From: Faecousia sp.
GTDB taxonomy: Bacteria; Bacillota; Clostridia; Oscillospirales; Oscillospiraceae
Direction: 5' to 3'
Assembly (NCBI GenBank): GCA_045589055.1
Contig: JAZNFH010000039.1
Span: forward strand, 119-64,118
DNA length: 64,000 nt
Below, in pieces: positions 1-9,978 of the stretch; position 1 is the stretch's first letter; each line of letters starts with the position of its first letter. The notes under the pieces were generated by a model. The model was given only the letters and a program-made list of their open reading frames with translations. It was not told the DNA's origin and ran no database searches. The position numbers and the translations under genes are program-made.

Positions 1-22
1 TGATTGTGATCGGAGGATAGCA

Positions 23-700
23 ATGAAAATTCTGGTAGTTGATGACGAAGACCTGCTGGTTAAGGGGATTCGTTTTAATTTGCAAAATGAAGGATATGAA
101 GTGATTTCCGGTTCTACCGGAATTGATGCTGTGACATTGGCGCAAAACGAAAATCCCAGCTTAATCGTACTGGATGTTATGATGCCGGAGATGGACGGTC
201 TGACAGCATGTACAAAAATCCGATCATTTTCTGATGTCCCTATTATCCTGCTGACAGCGAAAGCAGATGATATGGATAAACTCATCGGATTTGATCACGG
301 AGCAGACGATTATCTTACAAAACCCTTCAACATTCTTGAACTAAAGGCACGGATTCGTGCCCTGCTCAGACGCTCCGGAGCACTGAATCAAAATAGCAGC
401 AACACACTTACAATCGGCAGCATTACGCTGAATCTGGACGCAAGGAACGCCTATAATGGTAACCAACTGGCTGATCTAACAGCAAAAGAGTTTGATGTAA
501 TTGAGTTTTTAATGCGCAACCCTAACCGCGTTTACTCCAGAGAAGCATTGCTTGATACCATATGGGCTTATGAATACCGCAGTGATATCCGTACTGTTGA
601 TGTTCATATCCGGCGTCTGCGGGAAAAGCTTGAGTTAAATCCTGCACAGCCGCAATACATTATGACGAAGTGGGGCGTTGGTTATTACTTCCGGAAATGA
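23..700 (+). CDS. OmpR/WalR-family response regulator
   Basis: Receiver motifs (VVDDE, LDVMMP, KPF) and winged-helix C-terminus (RTVDVHIRRLREK, WGVGY); GGAGG RBS. Confidence 0.95.
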   Translation: MKILVVDDEDLLVKGIRFNLQNEGYEVISGSTGIDAVTLAQNENPSLIVLDVMMPEMDGLTACTKIRSFSDVPIILLTAKADDMDKLIGFDHGADDYLTKPFNILELKARIRALLRRSGALNQNSSNTLTIGSITLNLDARNAYNGNQLADLTAKEFDVIEFLMRNPNRVYSREALLDTIWAYEYRSDIRTVDVHIRRLREKLELNPAQPQYIMTKWGVGYYFRK

Positions 701-2117
701 TTCCCTTTTTTTTAAGCGGTATGGCAATTCCCAATTCCGCTATGCGACAATTTATGTGATTATCACATTTGTTGTCCTGCTATTCCTGAATATTTATTCC
801 TCAGGGCGCAGCCAGGAACTGTTTTACCGCAGCAAGGAAGCGTCTATGATTGAGCGCTGCTTAATTACGGCTTCCGGTATCGGTGACATTGAGATTATGA
901 ACACAGAAACAGTTTCAGCTGTCATTGGCCAAATCGGCAATCTGTCCGCCACACGACTGATTGTTACCGATCATACGGCGCATGTCATATACGATTCCAA
1001 TTCCCGAACACCGGCAGGCTCTTATGCGTTGCTGCCCGAAATCCTGCAGGCTTTAAATCGTAATAAAGTATTTTCCTGGTCTTTTCAGGAAGGCACGATG
1101 GTTTCCCGGGCTGCCGTTCCAATCTACTCCTATGGCACACTGGCCGGCACGGTGTATATGATGGAAAACGATGCCCAGCAAGGGGTTTTGATTTCTTCCC
1201 TGCAAAGAAACATCCTCTCCATTACTTTGGTTCTGGAAGTTGCAGTTATACTGTTTTCGGTTATTTTTTCCTCCCGCTTCTCCCGCCGATTGAAACGAAT
1301 TACAACATCCATGCGCATCATAAGAAGCGGTAATTACTCTCACAAAGTGAATGTTGGCGGCCATGACGAACTGACACTTCTTGGGGATGAATTCAATGAT
1401 TTGACCGAAAAACTCAACGCTTCCGAAGGTCAACGACGCCAGTTTGTATCCGATGCATCACACGAGTTGAAAACGCCGCTGGCATCCATCAAGCTTCTTT
1501 CTGATTCTATTCTCCAGAATGAAATGGATATGGGTACCGTAAAGGAATTTGTCGGCGATATTGGTAACGAAGCGGAGCGACTAAACCGCATGTCCTCAAA
1601 ACTCCTTTCCCTCTCACGCATCGAATCTGTGGACGAAGTAGAAAGTGAAATCGTCAATATTCTTCCAACAGCAGAACGGGTTATTCGGATGCTTTCAAGT
1701 ATTGCTGCGGAAAACAGCGTAACAATGATTACCCATTTTCTTCAAGACTCACCGATTCTGATACCGGAAGATGACCTGTACCAGATTCTTTTTAATCTTA
1801 CAGAAAACGGTATCAAGTATAATCGATCCGGTGGGTCTGTTACAATCTCCTTGTACAGACAAGGTGATGATGCTGTTCTTTCCGTTGCTGATACCGGTGT
1901 GGGTATTCCGGAGGAAGCGGTTCCCCATTTGTTCGAACGATTCTTCCGTGTGGATAAAGCCCGTTCCAGAAAGACAGGCGGAAGCGGTCTAGGGTTGTCC
2001 ATCGTCAAAAGCATGGTTGAAAAGAACGGTGGGTCCATTTCAGTTGAGAGTACTCCGCAAAAGGGATCCGTTTTTACCGTCTTATTCCCGATTTTTGATA
2101 CGGAGGCTGATAATTGA
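678..2117 (+). CDS. HAMP sensor histidine kinase (start uncertain, see T8 tract finding)
   Basis: Two TM segments, HAMP, H-box SHELKTP, N/G boxes (ENGIKY, DTGVGI, GSGLGL). Confidence 0.92.
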   Translation: MVITSGNDSLFFKRYGNSQFRYATIYVIITFVVLLFLNIYSSGRSQELFYRSKEASMIERCLITASGIGDIEIMNTETVSAVIGQIGNLSATRLIVTDHTAHVIYDSNSRTPAGSYALLPEILQALNRNKVFSWSFQEGTMVSRAAVPIYSYGTLAGTVYMMENDAQQGVLISSLQRNILSITLVLEVAVILFSVIFSSRFSRRLKRITTSMRIIRSGNYSHKVNVGGHDELTLLGDEFNDLTEKLNASEGQRRQFVSDASHELKTPLASIKLLSDSILQNEMDMGTVKEFVGDIGNEAERLNRMSSKLLSLSRIESVDEVESEIVNILPTAERVIRMLSSIAAENSVTMITHFLQDSPILIPEDDLYQILFNLTENGIKYNRSGGSVTISLYRQGDDAVLSVADTGVGIPEEAVPHLFERFFRVDKARSRKTGGSGLGLSIVKSMVEKNGGSISVESTPQKGSVFTVLFPIFDTEADN

Positions 2118-2632
2118 TGAAATGCCTAATCTGCCTGTGTCTGTCAGTTGTTCTGTTTTTTCTCTTGCTTGGTTGTCAGGGTGATCATAATGTAACACAC
2201 TATGCATTCTTCTATCCGAGAAACGATCTCGGCTATCATGATCAGGAAAGCAAATTCTTTGACCGTGCAATCGAAACAGAATCGCGGAATGATATTTCTT
2301 CTGAAAGCATCCTTCAAATCATGGCTGCATATTTGAAAGGCCCTTTGGATCCTTCACTGTATAATCCTTTTCCTGCTGACCTGTGCATAATGGATCTTGA
2401 CATACAGGGAGAGGAACTATATCTTACGGTTTCTGACCATTTGGCACAGCTTCGTGATATACCTCTTGTAATTGCCTGCACATGCATGGCACAGACTGCA
2501 ATGCCGCTGACAAACACCTCAACTGTATATATCAGCTGCAACTCTTCTTTGCTAAACGGCGAAAAGTACATCATTATGAAAGCAGATGCGATAATTCTTG
2601 ACGATCTGGTTGTCACGGAAACAAATGGATAG
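2114..2632 (+). CDS. Lipoprotein with GerMN-like domain
   Basis: Lipobox LLGC; YLKGP..L..PFP segment typical of GerMN; overlaps the kinase stop. Confidence 0.6.
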   Translation: MMKCLICLCLSVVLFFLLLGCQGDHNVTHYAFFYPRNDLGYHDQESKFFDRAIETESRNDISSESILQIMAAYLKGPLDPSLYNPFPADLCIMDLDIQGEELYLTVSDHLAQLRDIPLVIACTCMAQTAMPLTNTSTVYISCNSSLLNGEKYIIMKADAIILDDLVVTETNG

Positions 2633-2641
2633 GAGTATGAC

Positions 2642-3403
2642 ATGAAACTGATTTCCTGGAATGTAAACGGCCTGCGGGCATGCCTTCAAAAAGGCTTTCT
2701 TGATTTTTTAACCGAAGCCGATGCAGATTTTCTCTGCCTGCAGGAAACCAAACTGCAAGATGGACAAATCAGCTTGGATATTCCCCAATACACGCAGTAT
2801 TGGAACTATGCCATCAAAAAAGGATATTCCGGTACCGCTGTTTTTGCGAAAAGACTCCCACAATTTGTCCATAACGGCATCGGAATTGAATCACTTGACA
2901 CAGAAGGCCGTTTGATCACACTGGAATATCCGGAATTCTATCTGGTGACCTGTTATACACCCAACGCGCAAAGAGAGCTTGCGCGAATTGATCACCGGCT
3001 GGAATGGGATTCAGCATTCCGCTCTTATGTAGCAGATCTGGATTTACGAAAGCCGGTAATCATTTGCGGTGATCTAAATGTGGCGCACAAGGAAATCGAC
3101 TTAAAGAATCCCGCATCAAACCGTGGAAATGCCGGTTTCTCTGACGAAGAACGGGAAAGTTTTTCTGAACTATTAGCCTGTGGCTTTACGGACACATTCC
3201 GATATTTGTATCCTGACACGACGGGTGCGTACACCTGGTGGAGCTATATGTTCCAAGCCCGGCAGAAAAACGCCGGCTGGCGCATTGACTATTTTCTTGT
3301 ATCGAACCGAATTGCGGATAAGATAATTGCAGCGCCGATTTATTCTGATGTTATGGGTTCAGATCATTGTCCGGTGGGTCTTGAAATTGATTTAAATTTC
3401 TGA
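2642..3403 (+). CDS. xth: Exodeoxyribonuclease III (AP endonuclease)
   Basis: SWNVNGLR, LQETK, GDLNVAH, WRIDY, SDHCP motifs. Confidence 0.97.
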   Translation: MKLISWNVNGLRACLQKGFLDFLTEADADFLCLQETKLQDGQISLDIPQYTQYWNYAIKKGYSGTAVFAKRLPQFVHNGIGIESLDTEGRLITLEYPEFYLVTCYTPNAQRELARIDHRLEWDSAFRSYVADLDLRKPVIICGDLNVAHKEIDLKNPASNRGNAGFSDEERESFSELLACGFTDTFRYLYPDTTGAYTWWSYMFQARQKNAGWRIDYFLVSNRIADKIIAAPIYSDVMGSDHCPVGLEIDLNF

Positions 3404-3767
3404 TAGCAATCCCAGGACTTCCATCATTCACAACCAAATAAGCATCTTTCAATCTTTTGATGTAATGAAACGGTTCTTCCGGTGATATGGGAAACCAGTT
3501 TTCCGGTAGTTTTTTATGTTGGGTTTTTATAAAAAACTGAAGTTTCCCCTCTCCCAATCTCTTCATTGGAATCCTTACCTCCAGACCGGAAAGGTCGCCG
3601 TCAAGGATACACAACCCCAAGTCTACCGCGTGTTCTGCACAAGCAGTAATCCGCAGGGGAACATCTCCGCTAAGGTGACAGGTGCATTTGATACGATAAT
3701 ACAGTCCCTCCCGGTTGACCAATGCAGTTCCAACATCATCTTCTCCCAGATATATCGGATATTCCAT
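3351..3767 (-). CDS. Hypothetical protein
   Basis: 138-aa ORF with purine-rich RBS-like sequence upstream; fills gap downstream of mazF. Confidence 0.55.
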   Translation of the reverse strand: MEYPIYLGEDDVGTALVNREGLYYRIKCTCHLSGDVPLRITACAEHAVDLGLCILDGDLSGLEVRIPMKRLGEGKLQFFIKTQHKKLPENWFPISPEEPFHYIKRLKDAYLVVNDGSPGIAIRNLNQFQDPPDNDLNP

Positions 3768-3817
3768 ATATAAAACGCCCCCTTGCCACTAATCTATGCG
3801 GCAAGGGGTATTATAAT

Positions 3818-4183
3818 TCAAACTGTTCTGTCGTCATGCAGTCCAAAACTAACTGCAATTGCTTCATCGACTAAAGTCATCTGCTTATCATCCAGTCTCC
3901 CCATATGCTCCCGCAGCCTCTTCTTGTCTATGGTGCGGATTTGTTCCAGCAGGATCACGGAATCTTTACTGAGTCCTACACTTCCGCCGGCAATATTAAT
4001 ATGGGTTGGCAACCGTGCCTTTCCTGTTTGGCTGGTAATTGCAGCTGCAATTACGGTTGGAGAATGCCGGTTTCCAGTATCATTTTGAACGATTAATACC
4101 GGTCTCGTGCCTCCCTGCTCACTGCCTACAACAGGCGAAAGATCGGCATAATAGATATCCCCTCTTTTGACAGTGCTGTCCAT
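3818..4183 (-). CDS. mazF: MazF/PemK (EndoA/NdoA-type) endoribonuclease toxin, no adjacent antitoxin gene
   Basis: [43 protein letters not shown]; GGAGTG RBS at 4192-4197. Confidence 0.95.
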   Translation of the reverse strand: MDSTVKRGDIYYADLSPVVGSEQGGTRPVLIVQNDTGNRHSPTVIAAAITSQTGKARLPTHINIAGGSVGLSKDSVILLEQIRTIDKKRLREHMGRLDDKQMTLVDEAIAVSFGLHDDRTV

Positions 4184-4323
4184 GTGCTTCACACTCCGAT
4201 GTAACATTACCGGCGTTACTGGATATGCAATCTATGTAACGCGGCTAACCATATTCTCCCACGCACACAGATAAAATATACAACATTGCCTGCAAAATAT
4301 CCTATGCACAAAATACGGAAATG

Positions 4324-4881
4324 TTACACAATAGAAAAGTCTTTAACAGTAATCGACAAAACATTCCGTCCCTGCCACAAAACATCCGCATAGCGGGGGT
4401 ATCCTTCCTCATTGAGCCAGATATCCAACTGCAGAGATTCGCTTTCATAACTGTCATGAATTGTCAGGACCGTTCCAGAACCATCTTTTCCGGCAGAGGT
4501 CAGATAGCCGCTTCGCAATGTCTTCGCCAGAAGCCACGGAGCGCTGACCGGCGATACTTCACCGTCTGCAAGCATCGGGAAGGCCAGCACCGTTTCATCA
4601 AATGTAAGAAATCCATCGCCGTTCGCCAACTTACCGGAAATCCCCGCAATGGATTCAGGTGAAATCACAATAAAATGGATATCTCCATTTGGTTCAGCAG
4701 TGCAGCCAACCGAAAATGTGTATGTTTTGTCGCCATAATTGGCGGTAATATCCGCAACAAAACTGTATGTATTCTCAAGAAGCTGCTGACGAAGCTGTAA
4801 CCCCTGCTGCAAACAGTTGTCCTGATGACCGCAGGCCGGAAGAAATAGTAAAAGAAGAAGCACGAACAGTATGCGTTTCAA
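4324..4881 (-). CDS. GerS/YdcC-like (LolA-fold) lipoprotein
   Basis: Lipobox LPAC; position between nnrD and mazF matches the ydcC/gerS-alr-mazEF neighbourhood of Firmicutes. Confidence 0.6.
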   Translation of the reverse strand: MKRILFVLLLLLFLPACGHQDNCLQQGLQLRQQLLENTYSFVADITANYGDKTYTFSVGCTAEPNGDIHFIVISPESIAGISGKLANGDGFLTFDETVLAFPMLADGEVSPVSAPWLLAKTLRSGYLTSAGKDGSGTVLTIHDSYESESLQLDIWLNEEGYPRYADVLWQGRNVLSITVKDFSIV

Positions 4882-4893
4882 GGTATCCCCACC

Positions 4894-5739
4894 CTATTTC
4901 ATAAGTCGTGGAAGTACCTCAAGCATATCTGACGGGAGCATACCATACTGACCGATTTCTGCTGCACAGATATCCCCTGCTGCACCATGAAGCCAGGCAC
5001 CGCAGGCAGCAGCCTCTAAAGGTGCCAGACCATGACCCAGCAGACTTGCAATGATCCCGGCTAGAACATCCCCACTGCCGCCAACAGCCATTCCCGGATT
5101 ACCGGTAAGATTACGGAAGTGATTCTTTCCATCTGTGATCACAGTATGATGGCCTTTCAGCACAACGATTGCATCAAGTGCTCTTGCAAGAGCGGCTGCA
5201 GCCTGTTCACGAGATTCAAGGATTGGACCTCCGGCAAGTCTTTGAAATTCCCCTTCATGAGGTGTCAAAACCGTCGGAGCCGTTCTTCCACGCAGTATAT
5301 CCTTATGCCTGGATAAAATATTTATGCCATCGGCATCCACAACAACAGGACAGGAAGCATTTTGCAGTACCGTTTCCAGAACTGCCTTCGCACCCTCCGA
5401 TTGCCCCATTCCCGGTCCAATCAATATTGCATCAATCTTTTGAAGCATCCGGAAAACAAGTTCGGTAGACGATGCATCCATTGCCCCGCTATTGTCTGGC
5501 AGCGGAAAAACAATGGCTTCTGTCAGCTTCACAGCCTCAATAAAATAAATACTTTCCGGAACACCGAGATACACCAATCCGGAGCCGGCGCGCAAGGCAC
5601 CCATGGCTGCTAAGGCTGCGGCTCCAGTGTATCCCTGACTTCCACACAGTAAAAGTACTTTTCCGAAATCACCTTTATGGGCTTCCGGATGCCTGTCCGG
5701 CAACAGTTTCAAAACATCCTCGTGTGTTAATTCCCTCAT
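4894..5739 (-). CDS. nnrD: NAD(P)H-hydrate dehydratase (stand-alone YjeF C-terminal domain)
   Basis: HKGDFG, GPGMG, VDADG, LTPHEGE, GGSGDVLAG. Confidence 0.93.
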   Translation of the reverse strand: MRELTHEDVLKLLPDRHPEAHKGDFGKVLLLCGSQGYTGAAALAAMGALRAGSGLVYLGVPESIYFIEAVKLTEAIVFPLPDNSGAMDASSTELVFRMLQKIDAILIGPGMGQSEGAKAVLETVLQNASCPVVVDADGINILSRHKDILRGRTAPTVLTPHEGEFQRLAGGPILESREQAAAALARALDAIVVLKGHHTVITDGKNHFRNLTGNPGMAVGGSGDVLAGIIASLLGHGLAPLEAAACGAWLHGAAGDICAAEIGQYGMLPSDMLEVLPRLMK

Positions 5740-5819
5740 CGATATCACCCCTTTGAACATCCTTATTTAACAATAACATATAGAGATGAATTCGTCTATG
5801 AAAAACAAGTAAATAATCC

Positions 5820-5848
5820 TTGCAATTTGAAAGTGGATATGCTATTAT
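5820..5848 (+). promoter_or_regulatory. sigmaA promoter of pheST
   Basis: TTGCAA-N17-TATTAT. Confidence 0.65.
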
Positions 5849-5862
5849 CCCTAGTGATATGT

Positions 5863-6114
5863 AAAAGGCTGTGATTGGGCTGCCTTGTATCGGCAATGTG
5901 ATCCAAGCGAGAGTGGAATGGTGTGAGCCACTTACACATGGTACCGGGCTTTCCCCCAGGAGCTTCCACCTGAACGATCAGTAGGGTGCGCCGGGTAATT
6001 CCGTTAACGATTTCAGATGTGTTGGCATCTTAGAGCTGCGCCTATGGCGAATTGCGGGTGGTACCGCGGAAGGAACTCCTTTCGTCCCGATTTTGGGATG
6101 GAAGGTATTTTTTT
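5863..6114 (+). promoter_or_regulatory. Phe T-box riboswitch
   Basis: GGGTGGTACCGCG T-box at 6056-6068, AGAG/GTGTGA stem I motifs, TTC specifier near 5951, terminator 6077-6114, upstream of pheS. Confidence 0.92.
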
Positions 6115-6146
6115 ATATATAACACCGGAAGGGAGAAATACAATAC

Positions 6147-7190
6147 ATGAAAGCACAATTGGAGCAAATTAAACAGCAGGCGCTTGCATCTCTGGAAGCC
6201 GCAGATACCCCTGCCGCTCTGGAAGAACTGCGCGTCAAAGTCCTTGGAAAAAAAGGTGACCTGACTGCCGTCTTAAAGCAGATGGGCAAACTCTCTGCTG
6301 AAGAGCGTCCTGTTATGGGTCAGCTTGCAAATACCGTTCGTGCAGAAATTGAGGCAAAGCTGGAAGAGTGCAAAGCAGCGGTCACCGCGAAAGCACTGGA
6401 AGCAAAGTTGGCAAGTGAAGCAATTGATGTAACCATTCCCGGGGAAACTGTTGCTCTGGGACATCAGCATCCTATGAATCAGGTTCTGCAGGAAGTAAAG
6501 GACATCTTTGTGGGTATGGGTTATACCGTCGTTGACGGTCCCGAAGTGGAACTGGCTTCCTACAACTTCACCCGGTTGAACATCGAGGAGGGTCATCCTT
6601 CCCGGGATCGCAGTGACACCTTCTACTTCACGAAAGATGATTCTGTCCTGCTGCGCACCCAGACCAGTCCTATGCAGATCCGCTTCATGGAAAACAACAA
6701 GCCTCCTCTGTGCATGCTGGCTCCCGGCCGCGTTTTCCGTAAGGATGAAGCAGACGCTACCCACAGCCCCATGTTCCACCAAATTGAAGGCCTTGTGGTT
6801 GCGGAGAACATCACTATGGGCAATCTGAAGGATGTGCTGATTACCATTATGCGCAAGATCTACGGACATGACGCTCAGGTACGCTTCCGTCCCCACCACT
6901 TCCCCTTTACGGAGCCCAGCTGTGAAATGGATATGCAGTGCCATAAGTGCCATGGTACCGGAGAAGTTGACGGTCATGTTTGTTCTACCTGCCACGGCGA
7001 AGGCTGGATTGAGCTGCTTGGCGCCGGAATGGTGCATCCTAAGGTTCTGGAAAACTGCGGAATCGATTCTGAAAAGTATTCCGGCTTTGCCTTTGGTATG
7101 GGTCTGGAGCGTATGGCCATGGGTCGCTTGAAGATTACAGACCTGCGTTTGATTTTCGACAACGATGTACGGTTCTTGAACCAGTTCTAA
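6147..7190 (+). CDS. pheS: Phenylalanyl-tRNA synthetase alpha subunit
   Basis: LRTQTSP, FHQIEG, FPFTEPS, GFAFGMGLER. Confidence 0.98.
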   Translation: MKAQLEQIKQQALASLEAADTPAALEELRVKVLGKKGDLTAVLKQMGKLSAEERPVMGQLANTVRAEIEAKLEECKAAVTAKALEAKLASEAIDVTIPGETVALGHQHPMNQVLQEVKDIFVGMGYTVVDGPEVELASYNFTRLNIEEGHPSRDRSDTFYFTKDDSVLLRTQTSPMQIRFMENNKPPLCMLAPGRVFRKDEADATHSPMFHQIEGLVVAENITMGNLKDVLITIMRKIYGHDAQVRFRPHHFPFTEPSCEMDMQCHKCHGTGEVDGHVCSTCHGEGWIELLGAGMVHPKVLENCGIDSEKYSGFAFGMGLERMAMGRLKITDLRLIFDNDVRFLNQF

Positions 7191-7203
7191 GGAGGGATAG
7201 ACT

Positions 7204-9588
7204 ATGAATCTGAACAGAAAATGGCTGCATGAGGAGTTCGTGGATCTGTCCGGCGTCTCCGATAAAGAATATGTTGAAACTTTGACCGTCTTCGGCCAAA
7301 AGGTCGAAACCTGGGAACGGATGGATGCCGAGATCAAGAATGTTGTTGTCGGCAAGGTCGTTTCCATTGTCCGTCACGAAAATTCCGATCACATGTGGGT
7401 CTGTCAGGTAGATGTGGGACAGGAAGCACCTGTTCAAATCGTCACCGGTGCCCAGAATGTAAAAGAGGGCGATCTTGTTCCTGCCGCTCTGCACAATTCC
7501 TGGCTTCCCGGCGGTGTGCACATCACCAAGGGCAAGCTCAGAGGTGAGGTTTCCAACGGCATGCTCTGCTCCCTGAAGGAGTTGAATCTGACCCTTGGTG
7601 ACTTCCCCTATGCTATCGAGGACGGTATCTGGATTATTGAAGAAGATTGCAAGCCCGGCGACGACATCAATACCATTATCGGCAATGATGATACGGTAGT
7701 CGAATTTGAAATTACCAACAACCGCCCCGATTGTTACAGTGTCATCGGCCTCGCAAGAGAATCAGCCGCTGCCTTCGGTAAGGCCATGCGTCATCATGAG
7801 CCTGTTGTCAAGGGCAGCACCGCCGGTTCTATGTACGAAATGCTGGATGTAGAAGTTCCTGCAGAGGATCTTTGCAACCGGTATACCGCCCGTATGGTCA
7901 CCAATGTAAAGATCGGCCCTTCCCCCAAGTGGATGCGGCAGCGTCTGCGTGCCAACGGCATCCGCGCCATCAACAATATCGTTGATATCACCAACTATGT
8001 CATGCTGGAGTACGGCCAGCCCATGCACGCCTTTGACTACCGCTACGTGGGTTCCGGTAAGATCGTTGTCAGAGAGAGTGAAGAAGGCGAAACACTGACT
8101 ACTCTGGACGGCAATGTGCGTCAGCTCCAACCCGGCATGCTGGTAATTGCCGACGAAACCAAACCCATTGGCCTTGCAGGTATCATGGGCGGTGAGAATT
8201 CCGAAATCCAGGATGATACTACCACCGTTGTCTTTGAATCTGCTAACTTTAACGGTACTTCCATCCGGCAGACTGCTCTGGCTCTTGGTATGCGTACCGA
8301 GTCCTCCGGTAAATTCGAAAAGAATCTGGATCCCATGATGACTGTTCCTGCTGTTCAGAGAGCCTGCGAACTGGTTGAGATGTTAGGCTGCGGTGATGTA
8401 ATGGATGGAACCATCGACATCATCAACTATGTTCCGGAAGAAAAGACATTGACTCTGGAACCTGAGAAAATCAACAGACTGCTCGGCACCGATATTCCCA
8501 AAGAAGACATGGTGAAATATCTGAATCTGTTGGAAATTGAAGTCGAGGGAGATACCATTAAGGTTCCTTCCTTCCGTCCTGACCTTAATTTGATGGCTGA
8601 TATTGCAGAAGAGGTTGGCCGTTCCTACGGATATAACAACATTCCCACGGTTGCGTTTAAGACATCTACCCAGGGCGGTTACGCACCGGAAATGATCTTT
8701 GAAAGCACAGCAGGTCAGCTATGCCGCAGTTTGGGCTATAGTGAGATCATCACCTACAGCTTCGTCTCCCCTGCAATCTTTGATCAAATTCGTCTGCCGG
8801 AAGGCTCTCCCCTGCGCAATACACTGAAAATCCAGAATCCTCTGGGTGAAGATACCTCCGTTATGCGCACCATTGCCCTGCCCTCCATGCTGGACATTCT
8901 GGGCAGAAATAACGCCTATCAGAACAAGTCAGCAAAGCTGTACGAACTGGCTAAGATTTATCTGCCTGCAGATGGACAAACACTGCCCGAAGAACCCAAG
9001 ATGCTGGTTCTTGGAACCTATGGTACGGAAGAGACCTTCTTTACGATCAAAGGCGAGTTGGAGGCAGTCTTTGCCGGTCTGCGGTTGAAGAAAGCTTCCT
9101 ACACCGCTGTGAAGGATAATCCCAGCTACCATCCCGGCCGCTGTGCCCTTGTTTCCATCGACGGCATCGAGATTGGCTATATGGGCCAGGTGCATCCTTT
9201 GGTTGCAAAGAATTACGGAATCGATGCAGAGGTCTACTGTGCCGAAGTCAGTCTGACGAAGCTCTTTGACCTGCAGCGGCCCGAGCCTTCCTATGTACCG
9301 CTGCCTAAGTATCCCACCGTATCCCGGGATCTGGCACTGGTTTGCGACGAAGCGATTACTGTTGCACAGGCGGAAGCCGTAATTGAAGCTTCTGCCGGCA
9401 AGCTGCTGCGCAGTGTCAGTCTGTTCGATATCTATCGCGGTACCGGCGTGCCGGAAGGCAAAAAGAGCATGGCATTCTCTCTGGAGCTGCGTGCAGATGA
9501 CCGTACACTCACGGATGCTGATTCCGGAGCCGTCATGAGCAAGGTCCTGGAAGCCGTTCAGCAACAGCTGGGCGCCACTCTGCGTTGA
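7204..9588 (+). CDS. pheT: Phenylalanyl-tRNA synthetase beta subunit
   Basis: NRPDC, YGQPMHAFD, DIAEEVGR, C-terminal FDX-ACB domain. Confidence 0.98.
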   Translation: MNLNRKWLHEEFVDLSGVSDKEYVETLTVFGQKVETWERMDAEIKNVVVGKVVSIVRHENSDHMWVCQVDVGQEAPVQIVTGAQNVKEGDLVPAALHNSWLPGGVHITKGKLRGEVSNGMLCSLKELNLTLGDFPYAIEDGIWIIEEDCKPGDDINTIIGNDDTVVEFEITNNRPDCYSVIGLARESAAAFGKAMRHHEPVVKGSTAGSMYEMLDVEVPAEDLCNRYTARMVTNVKIGPSPKWMRQRLRANGIRAINNIVDITNYVMLEYGQPMHAFDYRYVGSGKIVVRESEEGETLTTLDGNVRQLQPGMLVIADETKPIGLAGIMGGENSEIQDDTTTVVFESANFNGTSIRQTALALGMRTESSGKFEKNLDPMMTVPAVQRACELVEMLGCGDVMDGTIDIINYVPEEKTLTLEPEKINRLLGTDIPKEDMVKYLNLLEIEVEGDTIKVPSFRPDLNLMADIAEEVGRSYGYNNIPTVAFKTSTQGGYAPEMIFESTAGQLCRSLGYSEIITYSFVSPAIFDQIRLPEGSPLRNTLKIQNPLGEDTSVMRTIALPSMLDILGRNNAYQNKSAKLYELAKIYLPADGQTLPEEPKMLVLGTYGTEETFFTIKGELEAVFAGLRLKKASYTAVKDNPSYHPGRCALVSIDGIEIGYMGQVHPLVAKNYGIDAEVYCAEVSLTKLFDLQRPEPSYVPLPKYPTVSRDLALVCDEAITVAQAEAVIEASAGKLLRSVSLFDIYRGTGVPEGKKSMAFSLELRADDRTLTDADSGAVMSKVLEAVQQQLGATLR

Positions 9589-9667
9589 TAAATTTTTTCC
9601 AAGAGGACTTTACACAGATAAACTTTTAGGGTATAATATTTTCAATATTCGGAAGGAGGTCGATCCT

Positions 9668-9919
9668 ATGACGGAAAGCACCATTAAGTTTACAGTTCCC
9701 AGTGACGACAAGGAGAACATGCGTCGAATTCTCCGCACAGTGTTCGACGCCTTGAACGAAAAGGGCTATAATCCCATCAACCAGATCGTTGGCTATCTGC
9801 TGACGGAAGATCCCACCTATATTACCAACTACAACAATGCCCGCAGCATGATCTGCAAGTTGGACCGGGATGAGCTGATGCAGGCTTTAGTCAAGTGCTA
9901 TCTGTTTGACCAGAACTGA
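9668..9919 (+). CDS. IreB/ReoM family regulatory phosphoprotein (DUF965)
   Basis: ALNEKGYNPINQIVGYLLTEDPTYIT. Confidence 0.92.
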   Translation: MTESTIKFTVPSDDKENMRRILRTVFDALNEKGYNPINQIVGYLLTEDPTYITNYNNARSMICKLDRDELMQALVKCYLFDQN

Positions 9920-9978
9920 TCCATGCCGGGGGCTTTTGCTGCGGTAAAAGCCCCCTACTCATTTTCAAGGAGGTTCCC

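Noticed and set aside
6938-7005. CxxCxGxG zinc motif in PheS
   Set aside because: Common feature of Firmicutes PheS.
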